This document shows, piece after piece, positions 1 to 16,793 of a stretch of DNA of 64,000 nucleotides. The translations under genes and the position numbers were made by a program. The stretch's first letter is position 1. The number at the start of each line of letters is the position of its first letter. The stretch is from the human T2T-CHM13v2.0 reference genome, Homo sapiens: the NCBI RefSeq assembly GCF_009914755.1, contig NC_060940.1; one strand, 5' to 3'. The notes beneath the pieces are model-generated. The model did no database searches. It was not told the DNA's origin and worked only from the letters and a program-made list of their open reading frames with translations.

Positions 1-178
1 GGGTGGGGATCAATCAAGGGAAAGTGCATCAAACAGGAAGACAAGTTCTCAATCTGGTCTGAGGATTTAACCTGTAGCTTGGCTTTCAGACTTTAAACTG
101 TCTTTGGCTTGGAGGTGGAGATTCACTGGGCACCCATCCCTATCTGTCTAGGCATTTGGCTGCCCCCTATCATTATCA
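1..178 (-). mobile_element. ERV1 LTR 5' part (LTR27/LTR28/MER52-like), cut by window edge
   Basis: Reverse complement begins TGATAATGATAGGGGGCAGCCAAATGCCTAGACAGATAGGG...CCACCTCCAAGCCAAAGACAGTTTAAAG, resembling LTR1/27/28-group 5' ends. Confidence 0.65.
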
Positions 179-514
179 ATATCAAATTTGTTTTACCAAA
201 AAGACCAGTAAAGATTAATGGCATGGCCTAATGCCTTCAACTTTCTGTTAAGAGGGCTAGGTAAGAAAACATTATAGATGTGATACTTAGAAATCCAGTG
301 TTTTAACAGGTTCTTCATTTGGTTTCTGGCCTTGTCTCCTGTTTTCCTACCCTTTACCTGTCCCCTTTACCTGTCCCATTTCCTCTTGCATTCTCTTTAC
401 AAACTACTTTATACCCTTTCCTCTCGCTAATTACCTCTGCCTGAAATGGCCTTCTTGCTTTATTTTAATGAGATAAACTCAAAATTCCTATCTGTCCTGT
501 AAGAAGCTGCTAAA

Positions 515-581
515 GTGAGCCAAGATCGCACCACGGCACTCCAGCCTGGGCGACAGTGCGAGACTGTCTAAAAAAAAAAAA
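515..581 (+). mobile_element. Severely 5'-truncated Alu (last ~55 nt plus polyA)
   Basis: GTGAGCCAAGATCGCACCACGGCACTCCAGCCTGGGCGACAG...polyA; perfect TSD AAGAAGCTGCTAAA at 501-514 and 582-595. Confidence 0.93.
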
Positions 582-969
582 AAGAAGCTGCTAAAACACT
601 ACTGCTTCTACAAAGCCTCCTATAAACTTCTAGGAAGCCATAGTCACTGCTTTGAAACCAAACTGTATCTTTTAACTACCTCTGCAGTAGCACTCAGTTT
701 ACAATAACCTTCCTAGGTTTCTCTGTCTACTACTTAATAATGAACTTTTGAAAGGTGGTGAATGCTTCTTGAAATGGATGCTAAATCCTTTTTTAATCAA
801 ATGTTCTTCAGATTTGCCATAGTGAAATTTTTAATCATTTATATTCTGAATTCAGCACAGCACATTCAAGAGCCTTGATTAGTGAAGGTGAGTACGTGAA
901 TGAATGGGTCACCATTGTAATATAAAGCATCTGTTGAAAGTGTAGTAATATTTTCATTTTATCTGCTAA

Positions 970-1427
970 TTTTCACAAAACTCAAGATGCCGTTAGTTGT
1001 AAAATACAACACCATGACATTATGTACAAAATAAATAAATATTTGCCAAGTGTACTCTAATACCATGCTTTTTCAACACTTGGAATAATTTTAATAAGTT
1101 CTTATAGACATTTGTAGAATTTCGTAGACAAATTCACTTTCATCATCTCTGTTTCTCTCTCTCTCTCTCTAGTATGAAATGTATTAGAATTTAGGCATTT
1201 ATACATCATCTTCAGATTCAGAGGCAGACCCTTCGAAGCTCTTTGAAAATTTATTTAGAACTGTTGGTGCTTATTTATTATTAGTCAGTATCATCCTTTA
1301 TGTCATCAAAAGTGCTGGTCATGTGTTTTCTAACATTCTCTCCTTTAATACAACACAAATGTTACATTTTCTAAAAGAGGGGCTTCACTAGTAACTCTGG
1401 GATTTGCTTACAAGCTGCTGAATCCAA

Positions 1428-1429
<2 letters not shown>
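970..1429. mobile_element. TcMar-Tc2 (Kanga/MER104-like) DNA transposon fragment, part 1
   Basis: CTCAAGATGCCGTTAGTTGTAAAATACA near the start and CTAAAAGAGGGGCTTCACTAGTAACTCTGGGATTTGCTTACAAGCTGCTGA resemble the recalled Kanga1 consensus. Confidence 0.55.

Positions 1430-1468
<39 letters not shown>
1430..1468. repeat. (TG)n microsatellite, ~19 units
   Basis: Direct reading. Confidence 0.97.
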
Positions 1469-2787
<1,319 letters not shown>

Positions 2788-3280
2788 AGCATCCTGTATT
2801 TTTGACAATGTAGTTTGAATTGATAACAACTTAGCTTCAACAACATGCAAATTCTCTGCTCCTATACAGCTGTGCTCCCTCTTTATATTGTTATTGCTAC
2901 AGTTTCCATTTGTAGATACTGTGTGTTCATTGACATAGATTCATAATTATTGTTTAATGCATTTAAAAAAATCACATGTGAAAGAAAAAGAGGAGTTACA
3001 AAGCAAACAACCCAATAACAATAGCTTTTATATTTTGCTATGTAACTAGCATTGTTTATTTCTTCCTATGGCTTCAAGTTAAATACAGTGCTCTTTCATT
3101 TTAGCCTGACTCCCTTTAGCCTTTCTTATAGGATAGACATACTAGCAAACGAATGCTCCCAATTTTCTTTTTCTGGGAGTGTCTTTATTTTGACTTCAGT
3201 TTTGAAGATTAATTTTGCCAGTTAGAGAATTCTTGATTGACCGTTTGTGTTTTTTTTAGTTTCAGCTCTTTATGTCTTCC

Positions 3281-3488
3281 AGTTGGGCACAGTGATTTAT
3301 GCCTGTAATCCCAACACTTTGGGGAGCTGAGGTGGGAGGATCGCCTGAGCCCAGGAGTTCAAAGCTGCAGTGAGCTATGATCATGTCACTGCACTCCAGC
3401 CTGGGCAACAGAGTGAGACCCTGTCTCAAATAAATAAATAAATAAATAAATAAATACATAAGTAAATAAATAAATAAATAAATAAATA
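3281..3488 (+). mobile_element. Alu monomer (FRAM/FAM/AluJo-like) with (TAAA)n tail
   Basis: Single ~147-nt arm followed by TAAA repeats; GTCTTCC on both flanks. Confidence 0.88.
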
Positions 3489-4083
3489 GTCTTCCCACTG
3501 CCTTCTGGCTTCCAAGGTTTCTGATGAGAAATTGGCTGTTAATTTTATTGAGGATGCTGTTTATGTGAGGAATGTTCTCTTTTATTGTTTTCAAGTTATT
3601 TCTCTTTGTCCTTGGTTCTGAAAAGTTTGATTATAATGTTTCTCTGTGTGCATCTCTGAGTTTATCCCACTTGGAGTTTGCTAAGCTTCTCAGATGTGTA
3701 GGAATATGGGAAGTTTTCAGCCATTACATCTTCAAATATTCTTTCTACCTGCTTCTCTCTTTTTTCTACTTTTGAGATTCCCCCAGTGCGTATACTGATA
3801 AACTTGATAGTGTCCCACAGATCTCTTAGCTTCTATTCACTCTTCTTCATTTTCTTATTCCTACTCTTCATACTGGATAATTGTAATTGTTCTGTCTTCA
3901 AGTTTGCGGATTATTTTTTCTGCTTGCTCAAGTCTGCTGTTGAAATGCTTTAGTAAATTTTTCATTTAGGCTATTGACTTGTTTCTAGAATTTTTATTTT
4001 GTTCTTTTTGTAATTTTTGTCTCTTTATTGATATTCTCCACTTCATTTATTATTCTTCCGGTTTCCTTTAGTTATTCTCTTAG

Positions 4084-4433
<350 letters not shown>

Positions 4434-5549
4434 TAAGTCCAATGTCTGAGCTTTCTCAGAGACAGTTTCTATTATTTTTTTTTCCTGTGAATTGGTCATA
4501 CTTTCCTATGTTTGTATCCTCTACAATTTAGTGTTGAAAAGTAAACATTTTGAATATCATTATGTGGTACATCTGGAGATTGGATTATCTCTCTACCCTC
4601 CCTAAATTTTTCTGTTGTTGCTTATTGAGGTTTGTAGTCATTTGTTTAGAGACTTTTCCAAACTATTTTTTCAAAGGCTGTCTTTCTTGTCATGTGTAGT
4701 CACCAGAATCTCTGTTCTGGTATCGCAGCAGTAAGTTAGTGACAGATAGAAATTTCTTTGAACACCTAGAACCAAAAAGAAAATGAAAATACTATCCCTA
4801 TCTTTGCAGATTATCTCTGAGCTGAGACACTTGTGAAATGCTTAGCCAGTCCACCTTGGCAATGACTTAACATTCACCTTTTGATTGCACAGAGCTCAGA
4901 GATTGGCCAGGGGTCAAGCTTAGGGTCCTCTCAGGTCTTTTCTGAGATCGTATCCAGTGATGATCTTGCACTCTGGAGTCCCTAATATACATAGTAACCC
5001 TTTAAAGCCCTTATTTCCCAAGTGTTATCCTCCTCAGCCTTCTCTTTCTCAGGTTTTATAATCTGTCTGCTTCTTGCCCACATCCAATCCCTATCTGGTC
5101 CCCCTTGCCCGAGGAAGCTATAAGTAGTACAGGTCTTTAAATGCTTTGATAGACACCAGCCCAGGAAGCTGCTCCAGCCAGATGAGGGCAAAATGAAAAC
5201 AAGCTTCTGTGCTGGTCGCTTGGACAATTATCAGACAGGCCAAAAAGCATAGTCACAATATTAATGGGATTCATATTGCACCTTCTGGTAACTTCAAAAG
5301 CCACCGTGGCTACTGTCAAATTGGAGAATATTGGTGATAGGCAAGTGAGCAAAATCATTGTACCACTTTCTTACCAAAATTTAGCAGCCTCTTTTTTTCA
5401 TTAAGTACTTTCTTGGTTGTTGTAAGTGTTCTGTTTATATTTTAGAGTTCCACAAAAGTTAATTCCATCAGTGTTTTCCAGCTTTATAACTGCTTCATTG
5501 GAGTGACCTGATGCTTCCTACTCCATTTTCTGTGATGTCAATATCACTT

Positions 5550-5780
5550 TTTAAAAAAATTGCTGGTACTTAATTTTATCAGAAAGTGCCAGTGGAAAGT
5601 TGTCAGATGACTTAGATTCATATTCTTTTCTCAAATGGTTTGTTATTTTTGGTTTGTTGACTGAAAAATGTAACAGTTGCTATTATCCAGTTACACCATT
5701 ATTGCTGATAAAAACTCTTCCATAGGCTGGAGATGGTGTAGTTAAGGTACTAAGAAATCAGTAAGTGATAATTATTGCTG
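5550..5780. mobile_element. TcMar-Tc2 (Kanga-like) fragment, part 2
   Basis: AGAAAGTGCCAGTGGAAAGTTGTCAGA...CATATTCTTTTCTCAAATGG...TGGTTTGTTGACTGAAA continues the element broken at ~1430. Confidence 0.55.
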
Positions 5781-6259
5781 TTTTTTCTCTGACCCTTTTC
5801 TCCTCCTCCACCAGCATTGTACCCTGTTCTAAACCTAGCTTCAATCCCCAGACTGCAGTTTTCCAATCCTGCTGACCTGCTATAAATCTATTGCGTATGG
5901 GCATACTGCTTGTCAGCTAATCTTGTACATACAGATCCTGGATTTGGCTTGCTGCTGGGTTGGTGATTTTTCCCAGGTGCCAGTATCCTGGGCATTCATG
6001 AGAATGAAACTATAAATTCTATATGTTATCCTTTTGGAAACTAAGCAAATGTTATAGTGAATGCATGTAATTGTTAGTTAAAAGATTAAATTCTCCATTC
6101 TCTAATCTTGTTTTAAAATAACAATCATATTAAACATTGCAGAGGCATGACATCATTCCCTGATGATTTTCTACAAAGCCAGATAGAATTACCCATGTTT
6201 CTTAGAAAAATATATATCTCTAAGTATATGATTAACAGATATTAATAATACCACCATCA

Positions 6260-6600
<341 letters not shown>

Positions 6601-7218
6601 TCAAGATATATACAATTATGTCACTAATTTTATATTAATGTGTTCTGTCTATATAAAAAAAATTTAGGCTCAAAATTCTGGAAAGTCTTTGTGTGTGGAG
6701 GGGAGGAGTTTACTCACAGCATACATTTTGCCAAACTAATTTTTAAATATATGAAGTCTCAGATTTCTCGATTATAAATTGTTCTACATGAGTTTTTAAG
6801 GAACATAATTCTCAGATTAGGAAAAATATACGTTTTGCCTGTGGCCAAGCCTGTACAATTGGGATTTTGATATAATCAAATGACTTAGAAAAATCGTTAG
6901 TATGTCTTCCAATTACCTGGGAAGTGAGTGACTCTGATGCACATTGTCTAAGGACATTTTGAGATAAGTGGCATACTAAAAGAATAAGCATGATCATAGA
7001 GAAATAATGAAGTAAGTCAAAAAAGAAACATGACTTTTCATAGCTGTCCATGAAGCAAACCTACTTATATCCATTTCATAAGCAAGGAAACTTTCTCTGA
7101 GACGCAAGACATTAGAGAATCTTAGGTGACATTGTCAATAAATGAAGAAGTGCCAATGCAAAGCCTGGTCTTCCCAACTCAAAGATTTTGCTCTTCCTTT
7201 TTGGTTTTTCTGGTATAA

Positions 7219-7513
<295 letters not shown>

Positions 7514-8139
7514 ATTGACATATAATTTAATTAAGTCAGTAAGGAAAAGATCCAGGTTGTCCTTTTTTTTTTTTTTTCCCAAATTTCAGATGTAGAAATT
7601 AAGGTATATTGCTGTTCCAACAACAACTTGCTATTGGTACTTTGCTACAGGATATGTGTACCACTGGGTGCCTAGTAATCCACTGCCTGCCTGCACCTCT
7701 GGACATCTCTCTGAATTAGCACAAAGTGGCTCCCTGCCCCAGTGGAGGCCAGAGCCCTTGGTGTATGTCCCCCAACTGGGGAGGAATTGCTGTTGTAAAG
7801 AGTGGAAATAAGCAGATGTTCTCAATGCAGAACTAAGATAGACATCTCCAGAGTGTGGCAGAGTGACATCATCTGCCCTTTTGCAAGTACCAGTTCAGCT
7901 GCTTCAGTGGAGAATGGAAAAGCAATTTAGAATCCGTGGTCTACTCCTCTTAGGAAGAGGCAATGATTCTTCCGAGCATGAGACCCATCAGGCTTGACTC
8001 ATTAGTCAGATTTTAAAAAATACAACTGCGAGAGGTCCACTGAAGCCATTAAGGAAGTGAGCACTGACTCTCTCTATCATCCTTAGAGATTTCCCCAAAT
8101 CACTGGATTGGGGAAAGGCTACTATTTTCCAGTAGTTAA

Positions 8140-8700
8140 ACTAATATTATGTATCTACTCTGAGTTAAGAGTTGTGCTGGTGTGGGGAATACAATAGAGA
8201 ATAAAGGAGATGATAGTCATTGTCTTCTTGGAGAATTGTCCATGAAAAGAGGGAATAATAAATCAAACAATTCAGAAATAAATAATTGTTCTGAAAGGAT
8301 GATGTAAAATTGTTTATCACATCCTGGATATTCTGAAGGGAAAGAAGATGGTAGAATATGGAATGTGCCTTTGATAGGGTGGACAAGCAATTTCGGGGAA
8401 AGCAAACATTTTAATTGAGATCACAAGGATGAGAAAATCCATTGGTGTGAATAAATGAGAAAAGCACATTCCAGGCAAAAGAACAGAAAGCACTGGCAAA
8501 GGTGCCAAGGTAGAGATGAGGGTGGCAACTCTAGGAACTGAGGAAATGCCTCTGTTTGTGAGGCTCAGGGCATGATGAAGAGAAGCCTATGATCAGGTTG
8601 GGAAGCGAGAGATTTGCCGATTTGTAGATCTTGGTTAGAATGCCAATTGTGTGAATCCTTAATGCAGGATAGTGCTGTGGAAATAAGACATATATTTTTA
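8140..8700 (-). mobile_element. L2 fragment
   Basis: TGTGCTGGTGTGGGGAATACAATAGAGAATAA...CATTCCAGGCAAAAGAACAG, typical antisense L2. Confidence 0.6.
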
Positions 8701-9214
8701 ATATGATTTGTACTATTTACTATAAATATGGCAAACAAGAAGAAATGAGAGTGATTTACCAATGACCAGGGCCACCAATCTCATTTCCTAACACAATAGT
8801 TTTATAACTTCTCTTTTACACATATATGCAACCCCAAATCTCTCCCGTCTAATTCTTTAGAATTACTTTGGAATTTAAAGGGGAGGAAAGTCTTTGTACT
8901 CTTAAATGAACAACTTACCCTATCTATTTGAAAAAAACCATCCTAGTCAACATTTTGAGAAGAGGTTTAACAATAAGCAGAAGTAGAATATACATCTAGA
9001 AAAGAGAATATGATACACTTTAGAAAAGAAAGCAAGACATGATATTCTTTCAGAAGAAAGGAATGTAACATTGAAGATAGAAGAAGGATTAAGAATATTT
9101 TTGTTAAGATTTTGATTTTTAGGGTATGTGCATAACTTTTGCACATATGGGGCCATATTCATTTCATGTGGTTATATTTATTTCTCTCATTTCTAGTCAC
9201 AGACTGTTCAGACT

Positions 9215-9405
9215 GTCTTAACTTCACCCAGATAAACTCATTTAATCTTTAGAAAACATTAATGAGCAGGTATAATTATCCTCATTCTATGGATTAAATA
9301 ATTGGAATTTACAAAGTTTAATAACTCCTTGAAGCTCATGCAGACCAGACCATATGCAATAGAATGAAAACTCAAATGCAGGTTGATTTTGAATTTGTAC
9401 TCTTT
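9215..9405 (-). mobile_element. MIR
   Basis: AACTCATTTAATCTT...GCAGGTATAATTATCCTCATTCTATGGAT core. Confidence 0.6.
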
Positions 9406-10139
9406 CATTTGTTTACTGAGATATGATTCCTGTACTATAACATTAACCTTTTAAAGTATACAATTCAATATTTTTTTTAAAAAAATTCTCAAGGTTGTGC
9501 ATACATCACCACTGTACTTTGACCTCCTCATTCTTATTCCTACACAAGTAAGGGAATGGTGGGTTATTTTGGTTTCTTTACTCATTTTGTTTTGTCTTTT
9601 GGAGAAAAGCTTGGTCATTTAGAGAAAGTGTTAAGTAAGATGAGTGGAATAAAGCAAGGCAAATTGGGCAAATAATTCCCAGCTGGAGAAACATCTAGGT
9701 AAAAGCAAGAGGGCACCAAAGAAAGAGGCCCTTTTTTTTTGGCAACTCCAAATTGACCTTTATGGATGGAGGATGGTGAATTTTGGAAATAAGAACATTA
9801 AGCTACACTATGTTAGCTTTACCATGAGTTTCTGTAAGATGTTTGGATTAAAAAACAAACATCAAAGATAATGCCTTATGTAATAATTTATAAAGATAGT
9901 ATCTTTCTCGGTCTTTTTCAATCTCTCTCTTAATCTCTTAGTCTCAAAATATCTATTAATCTTCCTTTCTCTTTCACATACACACACTGATTTGTACCAT
10001 TTCACAAATAATATATATTTTGAATGGAAAAGGGCTGACATATTGATCAAATAAACCTCTCTTTAAAAAAAAAGATGTTTAGTTATTTATGAGAAACTGG
10101 GCAATGTTTTAGTATACTACAGGGGCTGAAGAACCATGA

Positions 10140-10300
10140 AGTGGTAGAAAGGGAATGGATTGTGGAATGGAGTTGTTGTGAATTTAATTCCCAATTCTGG
10201 TAAGCACCAAATGTCTGAGCTTGGGTAAGTCACTTATCATGTATGTTGTAAGCTCTTCATCTGTAAAGTGAAATGAAATAATATCATTTCATATTTATTA
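10140..10300 (+). mobile_element. MIR
   Basis: CTTGGGTAAGTCACTTA...CTTCATCTGTAAAGTG core. Confidence 0.65.
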
Positions 10301-11164
10301 TTTTAAAAACCAAATAATTTTAGTAATATCTATTATTTGTTAATAATTATTAATTTAGCAATTAATAATTTATTAATAACAAAGAATAATTTATTAATAA
10401 CTACTTTATTAATACATAGATAATATTTATTATAATAATAAAACAACTACCAAATATTTTGTGTAAATTATATGTAATTGCATATGTCAGGAGTCCTAAA
10501 TAATCCATTTCTATGGACCCTGGGATTCTATGCAAAATATATTTATATGCATTCTGGAGGCAAGAGTGTGTATAATCTTTATCAGATTTGTCAGATTTCT
10601 TAAGTTATTAGTCTTAAAATACTCAAGGCTCAAAACAAAGCCCTCCAAAAGGGGACTTTCATATTAATAAATACAAAAAAAAAAATAAATACAAGAGATA
10701 TATATATGTATCTCTTTATTTTTATTGGAAATACTGTCAGAGTAATTTACTAATTAAGCCCCCCAATCAACACAATAGCAAGGCAGTTGCTAATAGAATG
10801 GAATAGAGGCAAGTATTCAGAATTATACTGAGGAAAATTTGTTCATCAAATGTAGGCGCACATATAGCATAGCCATTGATATCTTGGTCTCCTGAATGAC
10901 ACAATCTGAGTTCCACAGTCAGTAATGACCCTGACAGGAGCTAGCATTTACATACGTGTTATAGCTAGTAACAATTACATCGTATTGTGTTAAGCCACGG
11001 ACATTTTAAAAGTTGCTTTCTTTCTTAGAAAAAGTCTAAGGAGTGCCTAAGGGAGTTTGTGAAGAACAGGGTGGTGCTTTTTAAAATGAATCCAAGATCT
11101 AGACTCTTACCTTTGGTGGCTTCATCATCCTCCAATGACTTTGGCATGTCCTCCATTTAGCTTG

Positions 11165-11262
11165 TGTTCCGTGGTGAGTAGGTACGTTGCAAACCTACCT
11201 GCAAAGGCCTAGGGAGCTGAGAGGCTGAAAAAACAGGCTGACAAATCTGATTTCTCAGAAAG
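11165..11262 (-). mobile_element. LTR47A-like (ERVL) LTR, 3' piece
   Basis: TGTTCCGTGGTGAGTAGG...GCAAACCTACC...GGGAGCTGAGAGGCTGAA...GGCTGACAAATC...TTTCTCAGAAAG. Confidence 0.65.
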
Positions 11263-11862
11263 TCTATGCCTGTAACCCTTATATAAATTAGGTCAATTCT
11301 TATTTTTTGGAGGTCCTAAAACATCCCAAAGTGTCTGGATCTGTCAGGAAGTGATTTTCTTTTACAAGGTCAGGAACTTTGTAAGGGAATCGTACAGACG
11401 AGGTTTCAGGCCAGTCTTTCCAAGGGGTTTTTTATTGGCTCTATAAATTTTAATTCCTCAAAGTAGTCTGGTTATATTTGAAAATATGCCATTCCAGTCA
11501 AAACCTTGGCAAAATAATGAGTGTCTCCAAAGTGTCATGTTACAAAAGAAAACATTTTTATTGAACTGATGCAAATATCTATTTTGCTATAAAATAAGAA
11601 TACCCATGAATAATTTCCAAATTGTGGAAAATCAGGAAGAGACAAAGGTAAATGTTTCAGTTTTGCTCACAAAAGTATACTTTACCTAATTGCTATAAGC
11701 TATAAATCACTAAAAAGGGGGAAAAAGGTTTTCTTAACTCTGGAAAACAAAACCTAAGAAGAATCAGCAATGTTTCAAACAAAAAGTCATAAACATCATT
11801 TCAGTTCTTTACCAGTTTAGTCCCATGTAATTCTTGCTCTGCCGGGTTAGCCATCTTCATGA

Positions 11863-12297
<435 letters not shown>

Positions 12298-13409
12298 TGA
12301 ATTTTCTAGAAGACACAAAACTTTAGGATTTGCCAAAGGTTTTTAGAAAAAAGCATCAGAATAAAGCAATTATTGAATAAACCAAGACATAGATTTTTAG
12401 GCATCTCATACAATTTTGAAACACATATTAATACAAATATAACTCAAAGAAAGTTAAACATCATTTCTTATTTGACAATGTTTCCCATATGATTTTAACA
12501 TACCAAATAAGCCTAACACGTCTTTTCTGGCCTTTCAGGGGAACTATATGTTATCTCAAAGTTATTTGGGGCACAAAAACCTTGATTTTAGAATTTGGAA
12601 TTTGATTTTGGAAAGTATATCAAATATCAAAAGTTTAAAACACTGTCGCAATAAGAAGGGCTTAAGGCACTTGATCAAAATGAAATAGAATCACAGGTCA
12701 CTGTAAGATAATAGTCTTTCATTTAGCCAGAGTGATAATTCAAAGATTTCAAAAAGCAATATCCTTTACTCTGAGAGAGACTCAGTTTTTCAAACTGACA
12801 GAACTAAGAAAGACAGTATGAGATGGAATTGGTCTTTCCTCTTCCTTTTCTTTTTTTTTAATTACGAGTTTATTCAAAAGGTGAACAAAAATCATTTGCT
12901 ACTGCTGATTAATACTACCTAAAGTTCTTGTTCAAAGAAGAAAATCAAATTTTATTTTATATTAGTGTATTATCAATACTAAACCTAATTTTAATAAAAC
13001 CTTATAAACAAATTCATCCATTCTTAGTTAGCTTTAGACCACACAAGATAAGATTTTCATAAACGTTTTATAACTTCTTACAAGTTGTTTTATATCTTTT
13101 CTTTCCCTAGCTTTCTATGTTCATTCAGTTTCAGCTATCATTCTTTTAACTTATTCAATTTAAAACAACCTTAAAAATCTCTAAACTAGAAAAAATCGCT
13201 TTCCCTTTAGCAGAATACACATACTCATGTCTTTTTTTACAACCCTCCTTTCCAAAAATCACCTTACTTTTTTAATACATTTTGTATATTGAATTGTTTC
13301 TCTTATATCTAGTAGTTTTAATTATATATATATATAAAATATTACAATTTTAACTCTTATTAACTCTAATTTCCAGTGAAAAACCTAGGAATTAATTTTA
13401 AACTGTTTT

Positions 13410-13724
<315 letters not shown>

Positions 13725-14070
13725 TTGAACTGTTTTATATCAGTATTTGTAGATGAAAATAAATTTCAGAATTTATTAAAAAGATGTTTTCCTAATTTTT
13801 GTTTATAAGATTTAAGTACGTTTAGCTTTTCTACAGTAAAAAATAAGATGCCAAAGAATATAAACTTACATTTGATAATTAATGTTTTAGTATTTTAACA
13901 TTTCTAGAAATGACTTTGGCATTTTATGATTACTTACTTTTTTTATTTTTTTAATTAATTAATTAGGTGCCATGACTTAATTTAATGTAACATGAGTTTA
14001 AGATATTAAATTACTGAAAAACATTGAAACTATGACACAGATACCCTCCATAATGACTTCTTCAGTTTCC

Positions 14071-14379
14071 TTTTTTTTTTTTTTTTCACTTTTTAAATTT
14101 TTGAGACAAGGTCTTGCTTTGTCACCCAGGCTGGAGTGCAGTGGCACAATCTGGGCTTAGTGCAACTTCTGACTCCTGGGCTCAAGCGATCCTCCCACCT
14201 CAGCCTCTGAGTCACTGGGACCACAGGTGTGACCACACCCCACTAATTTTTGTATTTTTGGTAGACATGGAATTTCACCATGTTTCCCAGGCTGGTCTCT
14301 AACTCTGGAGCTCAAGTGATCCACCGACCTTGGCCTCCAAAAGTGCTGGGATTACAAGGGTGAGCCACCACACCCAGCC
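14071..14379 (-). mobile_element. AluJ
   Basis: CTCCTGGGCTCAAGCGATCCTCCCACCTCAGCC. Confidence 0.93.
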
Positions 14380-15336
14380 CAACTTCTCCATTTTTCTTGG
14401 GCCCCAACTACTCATCTGGTACCCAAGGATGGCTATGTAGGCTAGCACCTATCTGAGTCCTGAACTTACACATTAAGAGTAGAGCTCAGGACAGAGGAGA
14501 GAGCTGTGAAGATAATCTCTGATCTTTTCAGACATAGCTAGGAAGAGCAACTGTGCCAGGGAGTGCTCAGCTGCCTTAGGCTTTACGATGGCCATTTAAA
14601 GCACAGAATCTAATGACTTTAAGACATAAGCTCACAGACAAGTCAAGCAAGTATCAAACACATCAGAGAAGCAACCATTTTATGACTTTAAAAAATCTAG
14701 AAGGAATAGTCAAAGTCATAAACTTGAATAGTATTTGGGATTATTAACTTATGAGCACTCATTTATGTATAAGTCAATTTGGCATTATGTAGATAATATA
14801 CAAACAGGCACATACACAAGTATACATAAAATACAGACAAATAAGGATTTTTATAGCTTTGATTTTTAAATTTTAGCTATGAGAAGGGTAAAACTCACTA
14901 GCTTAAAAGGACAGTTGGATTCAAACTTTGTAAGTGGAACAAGCTAAAGTTTATCTGCCCCACATGACCAAAGCCCTTACAGAGCTTTAGAGCAAACAGG
15001 GTAGCAGATTTCCATGTTAAAGTGCAGTGTGAGAATTTAAGCTTTTCTAAGAAGGGATTTTGGTGTGTTGGAGGAAAATTTAAAAGAATGCCAAGGTAAC
15101 ACAAAATTATAGGAATTCACCACAGGATTTTATAAGGAGATCAATTTCATTTATGTAGTTAGCTTCTCATTTTATTTCCATTTTCCAACTGGACCACTGA
15201 GCTTAAGGTGGTGCCCATTAACAAATAGGGCCCACAAAGCATTTGCCATTTCTGGGGCCTAATATTTATCTTATGTAAAAAGTAGGTACAGCTGAAAGGT
15301 AGAACACTTAGATCCCCCCAAAATCAAGAATCCCCC

Positions 15337-15642
<306 letters not shown>

Positions 15643-16177
15643 TAACCCTGGCTCCCCCCTAAAAGGGAAAATCCACAGGGCTAGACAGTGCAACATTTCC
15701 ACAGTGTACCTGACTGCAGGGACATTCCTTTTGAAGCTGGGGGGCAACCCAATTTGTGATCAGTTTATCCCCCATGGGAGTTGTATCCCTTAGTGTTGAG
15801 TGTTTCCATAGACTCTAGGTATTCAAATGACGCTTTTCATACCTAAACATGCAAAAAAAAAAAAAAAAAAAAAAGGAGTAGCCCTTAACCACTCGTGGTA
15901 AATGCTGACAGCCGCATTCAGAACTGTAGCCCCCATCAGTCACTTGTCAGCCATTGCACACTCAAAGGTCATATTCTCTCATAGGACAATGTAATAATCC
16001 CTGATGCTCCCCAAAGCCAGAGATATCATGAAGCTCAATGCAAAAGAGACCAGAGAAAAACCTTCCCATGAGTCTTGGGACTCCATAAAGAAGGCAGAAG
16101 TCCCCTTGAAAAGATTCATGGCAGCTTTTTCTGTGTTCCTCAAGGAGTCATAGGGACTTTACGTAAGTCACTATTAC

Positions 16178-16478
16178 AGCATTTATTAAAGACTTACAGA
16201 CAAAAGCAATGTCTTGGACAGCTGTGAGATGGTGGTCCTCCCATCCACCCTCCAGAATATATCCTTTATATAGTAAGCTTTTTTTTGGTAAAACATGCAG
16301 TTGGTCATGCCTCAGACTTTTTGCAAAACCCGTGACCACTGAGAAAGTTAAACATCTTTATGAGGAGTTATCTCTACTGTGGGAACCCCTTGGTATGCAA
16401 GAGTCAAACATCAGACATCATGGTGGTTTCCTTTCAAGATGGCATCACTCTTGTCGTGCAACAGGCTGTTTTCCTACA
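16178..16478 (-). mobile_element. LTR47A-like LTR, 5' piece
   Basis: Reverse complement starts TGTAGGAAAACAGCCTGTTGCACGACAAGAGTGATGCCATCTTGAA; resumes about where the 11165-11262 piece stops. Confidence 0.65.
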
Positions 16479-16503
16479 GCCACTGATCTGGACCACTTTT
16501 TAA

Positions 16504-16793
<290 letters not shown>

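Noticed and set aside
350-375. 13-bp tandem duplication CCCTTTACCTGTC (similar micro-duplications at 32107-32134 and 42262-42305)
   Set aside because: Ordinary slippage events; not CRISPR-like or functional arrays.
10310-10730. Very AT-rich tract and an AGAGATATATATATGTATCTCT near-palindrome
   Set aside because: Low-complexity sequence; self-complementarity is expected from TA repeats.
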